From positions 6,646 through 70,645 of the forward strand of contig QHSI01000129.1 in NCBI GenBank assembly GCA_003221515.1: a DNA stretch of 64,000 bases, in the 5' to 3' direction. The notes beneath the pieces were generated by a model. The model did not search any database. It was not told where the DNA came from and worked only from the letters and a program-made list of their open reading frames with translations. This DNA comes from Candidatus Rokuibacteriota bacterium (GTDB lineage Bacteria > Methylomirabilota > Methylomirabilia > Rokubacteriales > CSP1-6). The position numbers and the translations under genes were made by a program. This document shows, in pieces, positions 47,351 to 57,238 of the stretch. Each line of letters opens with the position of its first letter. Position 1 is the first letter of the stretch.

Positions 47351-48379
47351 ATGAGCAACGTCATCGTGGGCATTGGGACGTATCTGCCCGAGCGCATCGT
47401 GACCAACGACGACCTCGAAGCGATGGAGCTGGACTACGACCGCGCGAAGACCGGCGTGAGCCTCGACGAGTGGGCGCGCGCCCGGCACGGCGCCATCTCA
47501 CGCCACTGGGCCCGCCCCGGTGAGTGCACCTCCGACATGGCGACGGTGGCGGCGCGTCGGGCACTCGATGACGCGGGGCTGGATCCTCGCGATGTCGACG
47601 TCATCGTGATGGCCACGATCACCAATGACTACCGGTTGCCGCAGGCCGCGATGCTGGTGCAGATGAGTCTCGGTTCGACGGCCAAGGTCATTCAGCTCGA
47701 CGCCGCCTGCTCCGGATTCGTGGACAGCCTGCTCGTCGCCTGCGGCCTGCTCGACGCGCACGGCTACGTGAACGCGCTGGTGGTCGGCGCGGATACGCTG
47801 ACGCGGCTGTGCGATCCGCGGAAGTTCATGCCGTTCAGCATCTTCGGGGACGGCGCCGGCGCCGTGGTGCTTCGCCGCCAGAAGGCCGACGACGGCCATG
47901 GCGTCCGGTCGTTCGTCACCGGCTCGGATGGGCACCTGGGCCACTACGTGAGGGTGCCGGGCGGCGCCGGCAAGATGCCGTTCTCTCAGGAGGTGCTCGA
48001 TTGCGGCCTCCACTACTGGCAGCTCATGTTCCACGAGATCCACGGCTGGGCGGTCGAGCGCGCCGCGTTCTGCGCGCGGGCGGCGGTCGAGCGCGCGGGC
48101 CTGACCCTCGACGACATTGCCTGGGTAGTTCCCCACCAGGCGTCGCTCAACATCCTCGAGAAGGTCGCCGAGCGTCTCGGACTCAGCATGGAAAAGTTCG
48201 TCGTCACGTACCCGCACACCGGCAACCTCTCCGCCGCGTCGATTCCGGTTGCGCTGGAGCAAGGAAAGTTCCGCGACGGGGACTGGCTCGTCATGCCCTC
48301 GGTCGGGGCGGGCATGGCCTGGGGCGCCGTGACCTACCAGTGGTACGACTACAAGAAAAGCGGGACGCCTCTGCTATGA
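47351..48379 (+). CDS. 3-oxoacyl-ACP synthase III (FabH-like)
   Basis: AACSGF (Cys), FGDGAGA, PHQAS (His), GNLSAAS (Asn). Confidence 0.9.
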   Translation: MSNVIVGIGTYLPERIVTNDDLEAMELDYDRAKTGVSLDEWARARHGAISRHWARPGECTSDMATVAARRALDDAGLDPRDVDVIVMATITNDYRLPQAAMLVQMSLGSTAKVIQLDAACSGFVDSLLVACGLLDAHGYVNALVVGADTLTRLCDPRKFMPFSIFGDGAGAVVLRRQKADDGHGVRSFVTGSDGHLGHYVRVPGGAGKMPFSQEVLDCGLHYWQLMFHEIHGWAVERAAFCARAAVERAGLTLDDIAWVVPHQASLNILEKVAERLGLSMEKFVVTYPHTGNLSAASIPVALEQGKFRDGDWLVMPSVGAGMAWGAVTYQWYDYKKSGTPLL

Positions 48380-49623
48380 CGCTTGGCGGGAGCCTCGACA
48401 TGACCGAGCGCGCGCCGGTTCGCCGATTTGGCGTCGTCGGGGCCGGAACCATCGGGTCCGGAGTCGTGCGGCTCCTCTCCGATCTGGGCGCCCAGGTCGT
48501 CGTTGTCGCGCCGCGCCCGGGCGGCGTCCAGCGCGCCGTCGACACGGTGCGCGGGAGTTACATGGTGGATGTCGAACGCGGGCGCCTCTGCGCGGCCGAC
48601 GCCTACGCCAGGCTGCGCAGCATCCGCTTCACGCCGAGCTACGCGGACCTCGACGGAGTGGAGTGCGTCATCGAGTCCGTCGCCGAAGACCTGAAAACCA
48701 AGCAGGATGTGCTGGCGGCCGTCGAGGCGGTCGTCGCTCCCGACTGCATCATCGGCAGCAATACCTCGTCCATCCCGATCGCGCGGGTCGCCGCGACTGC
48801 CGCGCGGCCCGACCGGGTCATCGGCACGCACTACTTCTGGCCCGCCCACCGGTATCGGCTCGTCGAGATCGCGACCGCGGCGGCGACGAGCGAGCGCACG
48901 CTGCGCTGGACGCTCGCGATGGCGTCCTGGCAGGGCAAGGTGCCACTGACCGTGCGTGACAGCCCCGGCTTCTTCACGACGAGGATCTTGCTGGTATACC
49001 TCAACGAGGCGATGGCCCTGGTGGAGGAGGGCGCCTCGATCGAGTCGGTCGACAGCGCGATGAAGGCCTTCGGCTGGGCCATGGGCCCGTTTCGGCTGAT
49101 GGACGCGGTGGGTGTCGAGATCCTCCGGGGCGTGCATGACGCGATCTCCGGACACCTCGGGGTGCGCGTCGCATCTGTGGAGCGCCTGCGGACCTTGCTG
49201 GAGGCGGGGTACCTCGGCCACGGGCGCAGCCGCCGGGCCGACGCGAAAGGGTTCTACGTCGATCCCGAGGGACGCGTGGTCGACACGCGTGTCTACCCCC
49301 TGCTCGGCCGGAGCGCGCGCGGGTTCCCCAGCTCCACGGACGTCTGCACCCGTCCGGTCTGGCAGATGGTCAACGAGATCGGCCACTGTCTCGCCGAGGG
49401 CGTCGTCGCCTCGACCGACGATGCCGATCTCGGCGCGGTCCTGGGTATCGGGTGGCCCCAGGCGCTCGGCGGGCCGCTGGAATACGCCCGCCGCGTCGGC
49501 ACGGACACGATCGTCGGGCAGCTGGCGACGTGGGCCCAGCGGCGCGGCCCTCGATTCGCGCCCAGTCGTTACTGGACCCCGCTGGCCTCGGTCAGCGCTG
49601 GTCAATCCGCGCATGTCGGGTAG
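48376..49623 (+). CDS. 3-hydroxyacyl-CoA dehydrogenase family protein
   Basis: VVGAGTIGSG, VIESVAEDL, SNTSS, GTHYF, DSPGF, GPFRLMD; ATGA overlap. Confidence 0.85.
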   Translation: MTLGGSLDMTERAPVRRFGVVGAGTIGSGVVRLLSDLGAQVVVVAPRPGGVQRAVDTVRGSYMVDVERGRLCAADAYARLRSIRFTPSYADLDGVECVIESVAEDLKTKQDVLAAVEAVVAPDCIIGSNTSSIPIARVAATAARPDRVIGTHYFWPAHRYRLVEIATAAATSERTLRWTLAMASWQGKVPLTVRDSPGFFTTRILLVYLNEAMALVEEGASIESVDSAMKAFGWAMGPFRLMDAVGVEILRGVHDAISGHLGVRVASVERLRTLLEAGYLGHGRSRRADAKGFYVDPEGRVVDTRVYPLLGRSARGFPSSTDVCTRPVWQMVNEIGHCLAEGVVASTDDADLGAVLGIGWPQALGGPLEYARRVGTDTIVGQLATWAQRRGPRFAPSRYWTPLASVSAGQSAHVG

Positions 49624-49636
49624 AGCCGGGGCGGCC

Positions 49637-50758
49637 ATGGGATTCGTGCGGCGGATTCTCCCGGAGGACGTTCTCCGGGTCGCCCAGCTGTACGCGAAGG
49701 TGTTCGGCCACCGGACGCGAGCCCTGGATGGCCTGCAGGCGGCGCTACACGAAGTGTTCTTCTGTCATCCCTGGCCCGACGACCGCCTCCCCTCGCTCGT
49801 CTACGAGGCGAGTGACGGGCGCATCCTCGGTTGCCTCGGCGTGGTCCCGCGTCCGATGTCGATGAATGGGCGCTCGATCGTGGCGGCGGTCAGCCACACG
49901 GTGATGGTCGATCCGGACGGCCGCGCCACGCTGGCCGGCGTTGAGCTGATCCGCGCGTTCCTGTCAGGATCGCAGGATCTGTCGATCTCGCAGTGCACGA
50001 CCGAGTCGCGCCGGATCTTCGAAGCGGTCGGCGGCACGACGTCGCTGCTGCATAGCATGGGCTGGACGCGGATCCTGCGACCGAGTCGCTACGTCCTGGG
50101 ATCGCTGCGAGGGCGCGGACTGGCCGGCGGAATCGCGGCCGCGCTCACGCCCGTCTGTCGCGCCGCCGACGCACTGGCCGGGCGGATCCGCCCTTTCCGG
50201 CGTTCGGCTACCGGCCTGTCCGCAGAGCCGCTCGAGCCGGAGACGCTCGGCACCTGCGTGTCCGAGCTCGCGCGCGACCGAGCGTTGCGCCCGATCTATG
50301 ACGCCGGGTCGCTGAAGTGGCTGCTGGATCTGCTGGGACGCCAGACCGGCGACGCCGCCTTGCGAGGGACGATCGTACGCGACGCGCGGGCCGAGATCGT
50401 CGGCGGCTATCTCTATTACCAGGGCGCGACGGGCGTCGGCGACGTCGTCCAGATCGTGGCCCATCCGAAGTCGATCGATGCGGTCCTCGACCATCTTTTC
50501 AGCGACGCCCATCGCCGCGGGCTCACGGCCGTCTCGGGGCTGCTGGATTCGCGACTGTTTCCGGCCCTGGGGGCCAAGCATTGTCTGTTCACCCGTGGGG
50601 ACGGCTCGTGGCTCATGGCTCACTCGAGGGACCCGGAGATCCTCCGCGCCATTCATCGCGGGGACGCGTTCCTGACGAGACTGGAAGCCGAATGCGGGTG
50701 GCGATCGTCGATGGTACGCGCCGTGTCACCTATGGCGATCTCCTCGAGCGATCCCTGA
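49637..50758 (+). CDS. GNAT-like/Fem-like acyltransferase paralog 1
   Basis: PW.DD.LPSLVYE, LGVVPRPM; clear paralog of 55018..56130; fold assignment inferred. Confidence 0.65.
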   Translation: MGFVRRILPEDVLRVAQLYAKVFGHRTRALDGLQAALHEVFFCHPWPDDRLPSLVYEASDGRILGCLGVVPRPMSMNGRSIVAAVSHTVMVDPDGRATLAGVELIRAFLSGSQDLSISQCTTESRRIFEAVGGTTSLLHSMGWTRILRPSRYVLGSLRGRGLAGGIAAALTPVCRAADALAGRIRPFRRSATGLSAEPLEPETLGTCVSELARDRALRPIYDAGSLKWLLDLLGRQTGDAALRGTIVRDARAEIVGGYLYYQGATGVGDVVQIVAHPKSIDAVLDHLFSDAHRRGLTAVSGLLDSRLFPALGAKHCLFTRGDGSWLMAHSRDPEILRAIHRGDAFLTRLEAECGWRSSMVRAVSPMAISSSDP

Positions 50759-52194
50759 GCCTGGCCGCCTCGTTCAAGGACGCGGGGCTCGCGCGGGGCG
50801 ACCGTGTCGGGATCTTCCTTCGCCGCTCCGTGGAGGCCGTGGTCGCTCTCTTCGCGACCCACTTCGCGGGGGGCGTGGCGGTGGTGATCAACGAGCAGCT
50901 TCGGGGCAGCCAGGCGCGATACATCATCGAGCACAGCCAAGCCGCGCTCCTCGCCACCGACAGCCGGCAGCTGCTCCACGCGGCCGAGCCGCTGGCCGAC
51001 GAATCGCGAATCGTGAACCTCGATCGGCTCAGCCCCACGACGCCGCTCGCCATGCCGGAGCGCGCCATCGGCGCCGACCTGGCGCTGATCATCTACACGT
51101 CCGGCTCGACGGGACTGCCGAAGGGCGTGATGCTGAGCCACAAGAATCTTCTCTCGGGCGCGCAGATCGTCGCGGACTATCTCGACGTCTCCGAGCGGGA
51201 CGTCATCGTGAGCCTGCTCCCGTTCAGCTTCGACTGCGGGCTCAATCAGCTCCTCACGGCGCTGCTGGCGGGCGGCACCCTGGTCGTTCAGCGCTCCATG
51301 TTTCCCGCGGACATCTGCCGGACGCTCCGGCGCGAGAACGTCACCGGGATGGCCGGGGTCCCGACCCTGTGGCTGCAGCTGGCGCAGCGACACTCGCCGT
51401 TCTTGAAGATGACGTTCCCGAGTCTCCGGTACGTCACCAACACCGGCGGGCGGTTGCCCGAGCCCATGGTCCGGCTGATCAGGACGTCGCACCCTCACGT
51501 GGCGGTCTATCTGATGTACGGCCTGACCGAGGCCTTCAGGTCGACCTACCTGCCGCCGGACGAGGTCGATCGCCGGCCCTCCTCGATCGGCAAGGCGATC
51601 CCTGATGTGGAGATCCTCGTGGTCAATGAGCGCGGGAGAGCGTGCCAGCCGGGTGAGGTCGGTGAGCTCGTGCATCGCGGCGCGAACGTCGCGATGGGCT
51701 ACTGGCGCGATCCCGAGGCCACCGCCGCGGTGTTCCGGCCTCATCCGTTCGAGCCGGCGCGCGCCGGGAGCCGCGAAGTCGTCGTCTACTCCGGGGACCT
51801 CGTCAGCACGGATGCCGAGGGCTACCTGTACTTCGTGGGACGACGGGACCAGCTCATCAAGTCGAGCGGCTTCCGGGTGAGCCCGGACGAGATCGAGACG
51901 ACGATCTTCTCCTCCGGGCTCGTCGCCCACGCCGGCGCGTTCGCCGTGCCGCACGACGAGGTCGACAGCGACATCGTGGTCGCGGTGGTCCCGCGGGATC
52001 CGGGCGATTTCCGGGAGGAAGGGCTGCGCGAGTTCTGCCGGCGCGCGATGCCCGGGTACATGCAGCCGCGCGTGATCTGGCGCGTGGACGAGCTGCCGCT
52101 CACGACGTCACAGAAGCCGGATCGTCCCGCGCTCCGGGCGGCGTATCTCGAAGGGCGGTCGTCTCCGGCCGTCGCGCGGAGCAGCGCATCGTGA
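50692..52194 (+). CDS. AMP-forming acyl-CoA/acyl-carrier ligase (exosortase-A-locus type)
   Basis: IIYTSGSTGLPKG, PFSFDCG, MYGLTEAFRS, SSIGKAIP, GDLV, KSSGFRVSP. Confidence 0.85.
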   Translation: MRVAIVDGTRRVTYGDLLERSLSLAASFKDAGLARGDRVGIFLRRSVEAVVALFATHFAGGVAVVINEQLRGSQARYIIEHSQAALLATDSRQLLHAAEPLADESRIVNLDRLSPTTPLAMPERAIGADLALIIYTSGSTGLPKGVMLSHKNLLSGAQIVADYLDVSERDVIVSLLPFSFDCGLNQLLTALLAGGTLVVQRSMFPADICRTLRRENVTGMAGVPTLWLQLAQRHSPFLKMTFPSLRYVTNTGGRLPEPMVRLIRTSHPHVAVYLMYGLTEAFRSTYLPPDEVDRRPSSIGKAIPDVEILVVNERGRACQPGEVGELVHRGANVAMGYWRDPEATAAVFRPHPFEPARAGSREVVVYSGDLVSTDAEGYLYFVGRRDQLIKSSGFRVSPDEIETTIFSSGLVAHAGAFAVPHDEVDSDIVVAVVPRDPGDFREEGLREFCRRAMPGYMQPRVIWRVDELPLTTSQKPDRPALRAAYLEGRSSPAVARSSAS

Positions 52195-53357
52195 AGAATT
52201 TCGACCATCTCCGGTCGCTGCTCGAGCCGCAGGAACGGCTCGAGCGGCTGATCGGCGTGACGATCCGGCGGTTCGGGCGCCATTGTATCGACCTCGCGTA
52301 CGCGAACGCCCACGAGGGGCCCGACGAGGAAGTCCTGCGCGCGCTGGAGCTCTCCGTCCGCGAGGATCGGGAGCTGTCGTTCCAGTACACGCCTTACGGC
52401 GGCCGAACGATCACGCGCCGTCTGATCGCCGCCGACCTCAACCGCGAGGACGGGCTGCCGTGGACGTACCGCGACGTCGTGATGACCCCCGGCGCGATGG
52501 CGGCGCTGAACATCGCGTTCCGGGCGCTTTTCGGCGCCGCCGACGAGGTGATCGTGCTGACGCCCTGCTGGCACGACTACCCCCTCTATCTCTCGAACCT
52601 GGGCGTTCCCATGTGCCCGGTGGCTCCGGCGCCGGACAAGCACATCGACCTGGCCGCCGTCGGCCGCGCCCTCGGCCCGCGAACCAGGGGAGTTCTCCTC
52701 AGCCAGCCGTGCTGTCCGACCGGCGTGCTGTACGGCGAGGACGAGATCGGCGACCTGGCGAAGCTCCTGCGAGAGGCGGAGGCTCGATTCGGGACCCGGA
52801 TCTATCTGATCAGCGACGAGGTCCACCGGCGGCTCGTCTGGAGCCGAGCGTCCTTCCACAGCCCGTTGCTCTCCTATCCGCGGAGCCTGAGCGTCTACTC
52901 CTTCGGCAAGGTTCTGGCGCTCCAGGGGCAACGCACGGGCTTCGTGGCGGTGTCTCCGCGGATGCCGGAGAACGACGAGGTCCGGCGGGCTCTCGAGCGC
53001 GGCGTGAGGCTGATGGGCTTTTGCGCGCCGACCGACCTGATGCAACGCGCGGTGTGCCGGCTCCTAGACTATCGGCCCCACCTGGACGCTCTGGCCCAGC
53101 AACAGGAGACGGTGAGAACCGCGCTGACCGGGTACGGCTACGAGGTCTGCAAGGCCGAGGCGACCTTCTTCGTCTACGCCCGGTCCCCGATTCCCGACGA
53201 CTTCAAGTTCGCCGAGCTGCTGGCCTCGCGCGGCGTGCTGGTCGTGCCGTCGACCTTGTTCCACGAGACCGGGTACTTTCGCATCTCCCTCACCGCGCGG
53301 CCGGCCTCGGTGGCCGAGGGACTGCCGGCGTTCGCGCGGGTGCTGGACGCGCTGTGA
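52191..53357 (+). CDS. PLP-dependent aminotransferase class I/II
   Basis: TPGAMAAL, PTGVLY, ISDEVH, YSFGK (PLP Lys), G.RTG. Confidence 0.85.
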   Translation: MKNFDHLRSLLEPQERLERLIGVTIRRFGRHCIDLAYANAHEGPDEEVLRALELSVREDRELSFQYTPYGGRTITRRLIAADLNREDGLPWTYRDVVMTPGAMAALNIAFRALFGAADEVIVLTPCWHDYPLYLSNLGVPMCPVAPAPDKHIDLAAVGRALGPRTRGVLLSQPCCPTGVLYGEDEIGDLAKLLREAEARFGTRIYLISDEVHRRLVWSRASFHSPLLSYPRSLSVYSFGKVLALQGQRTGFVAVSPRMPENDEVRRALERGVRLMGFCAPTDLMQRAVCRLLDYRPHLDALAQQQETVRTALTGYGYEVCKAEATFFVYARSPIPDDFKFAELLASRGVLVVPSTLFHETGYFRISLTARPASVAEGLPAFARVLDAL

Positions 53358-54712
53358 GCCAGCCCGAGATGGTCGAGTCCATGCTACGGATCCGGAATCT
53401 CTACTGGGCCGACGCGCGCTTCCAGCCGACGGTCCCGACGGAGGACACCGGTGGCCTCACCGCGATGCTCGCGACCCTGCGCGGGCAGTTCTCGCTGGCG
53501 CTTCCAGCGCCGCGGGACACGCTCATCCTCGTCCGCGACCCGCTGGGGGTCAACAAGCTCTTCTTCGCCATCGACGAGGCGGGAACCGTAATGGCGGCCA
53601 ACTATCTCGTCGACCTCGTGAGCCCCGGCGTTCCGTTCGAGACCGTCTACTCGGTGCCGGCCGGTCACTTCGTCGAGATCGATCCTCACGGGCGCACGCT
53701 GAGCCTCCGGCGATACTTCCACCCGGACGCGGCGGCGCGCCGGGAGGCGCCGGCACTGGACGCGGCGGCGCGCCGCATCCGCGAGCATCTCGAGCTGTGG
53801 TTCGCCAGGCTGGCTGCCGACCTCGGGCGCCGGAGGGTCTGCGTCTCCCTATCGGGTGGTCTCGACAGCAGCATGGTCGCGGCGCTCGCCACGAAGCACT
53901 TCTCCAGCGTGACGGCCTATACCTACGGCTACGCCGGATCCGACGCGCCGGAAAGCGAGGACGTGCGCTCCGCGCGCCGCGTCGCGGATTTCCTGGGCGT
54001 CTCGCTCCGTTTCGTGCCGGCGACGCCCGACGAGGTCCTCGGCGTCCTGGAGGACGCCCTGTGCTACGGCCAGGACTGGCGCGAGTTCAACGTCCACTGC
54101 GCCATCGTGAACGAGATCATCGCGCGCGCGATCGTGCGCGATGCGCCGCCGGCCGGCGGCGAGGAGCCTCCGCTCGTCCTCACCGGCGATCTCATGAACG
54201 AGCTCCTGGCCGACTACGCGCCCCTGTCCCACGCGGGCCGGGAGATCTACACGCTGCCGCGGGTCGGCCCCGAGCGCCTGCGCGCCGCCCTGGTGCAGGG
54301 GCTCGATGCGGGAGATCGAGAGGTGGGAGTCTTTGGCCACCACGGGATCGATGTCGTCCAGCCCTATGGCCTGGTGGTCGACCAGCTCTTGTCGTTGCCC
54401 GCCGCCTTCATCGGCGGCGAGGGCGCCAAGCAGCGTCTCGCCCGCGAGATCGCCGGCGAGCTCCTGCCGTCCTTTCTCTTCGCCCGGACCAAGGCGAGAG
54501 CGCAGATCGGCGACGCCACCGGACCCGGAGGAATCGTGTCGACGCTCCAGCGGGCCGGATGCGATGCGCGCTGGCTCCGTCGCGCCTTTAGCCGCCGGCT
54601 CGTGGTCGAGGACGAGCGGTCCCTCGATGGGTTCATCCGGCTGGGCCGCTACCGCTTTCTGAGGGAGTTCCAGCACGGAAGAAACAGGCGCCATGGTCCC
54701 GAAGCCGACTGA
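53354..54712 (+). CDS. Asparagine synthetase-like amide synthetase lacking the N-terminal Cys
   Basis: RDPLGVNKLF, SLSGGLDSS (PP loop), LTGDLMNELL; no MCGI start. Confidence 0.75.
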   Translation: MSQPEMVESMLRIRNLYWADARFQPTVPTEDTGGLTAMLATLRGQFSLALPAPRDTLILVRDPLGVNKLFFAIDEAGTVMAANYLVDLVSPGVPFETVYSVPAGHFVEIDPHGRTLSLRRYFHPDAAARREAPALDAAARRIREHLELWFARLAADLGRRRVCVSLSGGLDSSMVAALATKHFSSVTAYTYGYAGSDAPESEDVRSARRVADFLGVSLRFVPATPDEVLGVLEDALCYGQDWREFNVHCAIVNEIIARAIVRDAPPAGGEEPPLVLTGDLMNELLADYAPLSHAGREIYTLPRVGPERLRAALVQGLDAGDREVGVFGHHGIDVVQPYGLVVDQLLSLPAAFIGGEGAKQRLAREIAGELLPSFLFARTKARAQIGDATGPGGIVSTLQRAGCDARWLRRAFSRRLVVEDERSLDGFIRLGRYRFLREFQHGRNRRHGPEAD

Positions 54713-55016
54713 GATCGGCGAGGCCCTCGAACGTTTTCTTCGATCCGCATTCAGCATACGAGAAGGGGACAGCGGATTCGACTGGGACGCTCAACTCTAC
54801 GATTCGGGCTTCGTGGACTCGGCCGGCGTGGTCGAGCTCATCGATTTCCTCGAGTCCACGTTCGACGTGGGGCTGCAAGACGACGATGTGTTCAGCGACG
54901 AGTTCACGACCATCAACGGGATCAGCGCCATCGTGCACCAGCGCCTCGCCACCCGTGTTTCGCCCGACGAGGCCACCGGGACCGACGCGGCCCGGGTGGC
55001 TCCACCGGACCGATGA
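54693..55016 (+). CDS. Acyl carrier protein 2
   Basis: LYDSGFVDSAGVVELIDFLESTFDV. Confidence 0.85.
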   Translation: MVPKPTEIGEALERFLRSAFSIREGDSGFDWDAQLYDSGFVDSAGVVELIDFLESTFDVGLQDDDVFSDEFTTINGISAIVHQRLATRVSPDEATGTDAARVAPPDR

Positions 55017-55017
55017 C

Positions 55018-56130
55018 ATGAGCGGCGTCCGTCCGTTCGTCTACGAGACCGACCTGCGGCAGGTCGCGGACCTGCACCGGCTGGTGTTCGGGCGGGCGCA
55101 GCATCGCGCTCCCGGCCAGTTCGACCGGTACGTCGGCGACATATTCCTCGACAATCCCTGGCGCGACGACGAGCTGCCGTCGCTGGTATACGAGGACGAC
55201 GAAAAACGGATCATCGGCTTCCTCGGGGTGATGCCACGGCCGATGGTGATGAACGGGCTGCCGCTCCGGGTGGCAATCGCCTCCCAGTTCATGGTGCATC
55301 CGCACCGGCGCGGACGGGTGGGGCTCCAGCTCGCCAGGGCCTTCTTCTCAGGAGCGCAGGACCTGTCGCTCACCGAGGGCATGGGCCTCGTGCGAACGAT
55401 CTGGGAGGGGCTCGGCGGCACGACGCTACTACTCTACAGCATCCGCTGGACACGGCCCCTGCGTCCGGGCCGATTCGTGCCGTCCTTCCTGGCGCGGCAC
55501 GGCACCGCGTCGATCGTCGCGCGGGCCCTGACGCCGGTGTGTGTCGCGATCGACGGCCTCCTCGGGCAACTGCCGCAGTGGCCCTTCCGCCTCGCAGCGC
55601 CTCGGGCCGCGGGGGAAGAGCTGACCGAGAGCGCGTTTCTCGCGTGCCTCTCCGAGGTCTCGCGCGGCCGCTGGCTCGGTCCCCGATACGACGAGCGTTC
55701 GGCCCGGTGGCTCTTCGCGATCCTGGCCGACCGGAAGGATCGCGGGCGCCTCCGGAAGGCGCTCGTTCGCGGCGCGGCCGGCGAGGTCGCCGGCTACTAC
55801 CTCTACTACCTGAATCCCGCCGCGATCAGCGAGGTGGTGCAGGTCTTCGCCCGCGACGGCGCGATGCCCGATGTGCTCGACCATCTCTTTCATGATGCCT
55901 GGGCGCAGGGCTCCGTCGCCGTGTCCGGCCAGCTGGACCCGGCTTCTCTTCAAGCGTTCTGCCAGGCGCGCTGCCTGCTACACGGCAGCGGCGGCTCCTG
56001 GATCCTGGCGCACTCGAAGCGACCCGAGTGTCTCGAGTGCTTCGAGCGGGGGCATGCGCTGCTCACGAGATTGGAAGGAGAGTGGTGGGTCGGCGGCATC
56101 CATCCGTCGTCCGACCCCACCTGGAGGTGA
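55018..56130 (+). CDS. GNAT-like/Fem-like acyltransferase paralog 2
   Basis: NPWRDDELPSLVYE, LGVMPRPM, LTRLEGEWW; paralog of 49637..50758. Confidence 0.65.
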   Translation: MSGVRPFVYETDLRQVADLHRLVFGRAQHRAPGQFDRYVGDIFLDNPWRDDELPSLVYEDDEKRIIGFLGVMPRPMVMNGLPLRVAIASQFMVHPHRRGRVGLQLARAFFSGAQDLSLTEGMGLVRTIWEGLGGTTLLLYSIRWTRPLRPGRFVPSFLARHGTASIVARALTPVCVAIDGLLGQLPQWPFRLAAPRAAGEELTESAFLACLSEVSRGRWLGPRYDERSARWLFAILADRKDRGRLRKALVRGAAGEVAGYYLYYLNPAAISEVVQVFARDGAMPDVLDHLFHDAWAQGSVAVSGQLDPASLQAFCQARCLLHGSGGSWILAHSKRPECLECFERGHALLTRLEGEWWVGGIHPSSDPTWR

Positions 56131-56134
56131 CCCC

Positions 56135-57238
56135 ATGACGCCGCACCCTGCGGTTGCATTGCGCACACCGGATTCTCAATGGACGGACCCGCCCCGTCGA
56201 GCGCTCATCACGGGCGGAGCCGGATTCATCGGATCTCATCTCGCCGAGGCCCTCTTGGCGGCGGGCTATGAGGTCCTCGTCATCGACGATCTCTCCACCG
56301 GGTCGATCGAGAACATCGATCATCTGAAAGTCTACGGTGGGGGACCGTCCGACGACGGACGATTCCACTACGTCATCGATTCGATCATGAACGTCCCGAT
56401 CCTGGCCGAGCTGGTAGACCGGTGCGACGTCATCTTCCACCTGGCGGCCGCGGTGGGCGTGCGGCTGATCGTGGAAAGCCCCGTCCGGACCATCGGGACG
56501 AACATCAAGGGCACCGAGATCGTCCTGGAGATGGCCGATAAGAAAAAGAAGAAGGTCATCATCGCGTCGACGTCGGAGGTCTACGGAAAGTCGTCCCGGG
56601 TTCCGTTCCGGGAGGACGACGATCTCGTGCTGGGGCCGACGGTCAAGGGCCGGTGGTCCTACGCGTGCTCGAAGGCGGTCGATGAGTTCCTCGCGCTCGC
56701 GTACTGGAAGGAAAAGAAGCTCCCGGTGGTGATCGTGCGGCTGTTCAACACCGTCGGGCCGCGACAGACGGGCCGGTACGGGATGGTGCTCCCAACGTTC
56801 GTGAACCAGGCGTTGAGCGGCCGGCCGATCACGGTGTTCGGGGACGGACGGCAATCCCGGAGCTTCACCTACGTCGGCGACGTGGTCCGGGCGCTCGTGA
56901 AGCTGGCCGAGTGCGGCGACGCGGTCGGGGAAGTGTTCAACGTGGGAAACGGTGCGGAGATCGCCATCGAGGACCTGGCGCGGATGGTCAAGGCGAAGAC
57001 GGGGAGCCGCTCGGCCATCGTACGCATCCCGTACGAGAAGGCATACGAGGAAGGGTTCGAGGACATGCCTCGCCGCGTGCCCGACATCGCGAAGCTCAAG
57101 CGCTACATCGGGTACGAGCCCAGGGTCCAGCTGGAGGAGATGATCGAGAAGGTCGTCGAGCACTTCCGGACGGGCGGACGTCCGCTCCCGCCGGAGCGCC
57201 CGGTCTCAGCCACCGAGCCGGTGTCCCTGCATCGATGA
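56135..57238 (+). CDS. NAD-dependent nucleotide-sugar epimerase/dehydratase (extended SDR)
   Basis: TGGAGFIGSHL, FHLAAAVG, STSEVYG, YACSK, RLFNTVGPRQ. Confidence 0.9.
   Translation: MTPHPAVALRTPDSQWTDPPRRALITGGAGFIGSHLAEALLAAGYEVLVIDDLSTGSIENIDHLKVYGGGPSDDGRFHYVIDSIMNVPILAELVDRCDVIFHLAAAVGVRLIVESPVRTIGTNIKGTEIVLEMADKKKKKVIIASTSEVYGKSSRVPFREDDDLVLGPTVKGRWSYACSKAVDEFLALAYWKEKKLPVVIVRLFNTVGPRQTGRYGMVLPTFVNQALSGRPITVFGDGRQSRSFTYVGDVVRALVKLAECGDAVGEVFNVGNGAEIAIEDLARMVKAKTGSRSAIVRIPYEKAYEEGFEDMPRRVPDIAKLKRYIGYEPRVQLEEMIEKVVEHFRTGGRPLPPERPVSATEPVSLHR

Noticed and set aside
53354-54712. Calling the AS-like protein a beta-lactam synthetase
   Set aside because: No carboxyethylarginine synthase, CarB/CarC or other beta-lactam genes; the context is EPS
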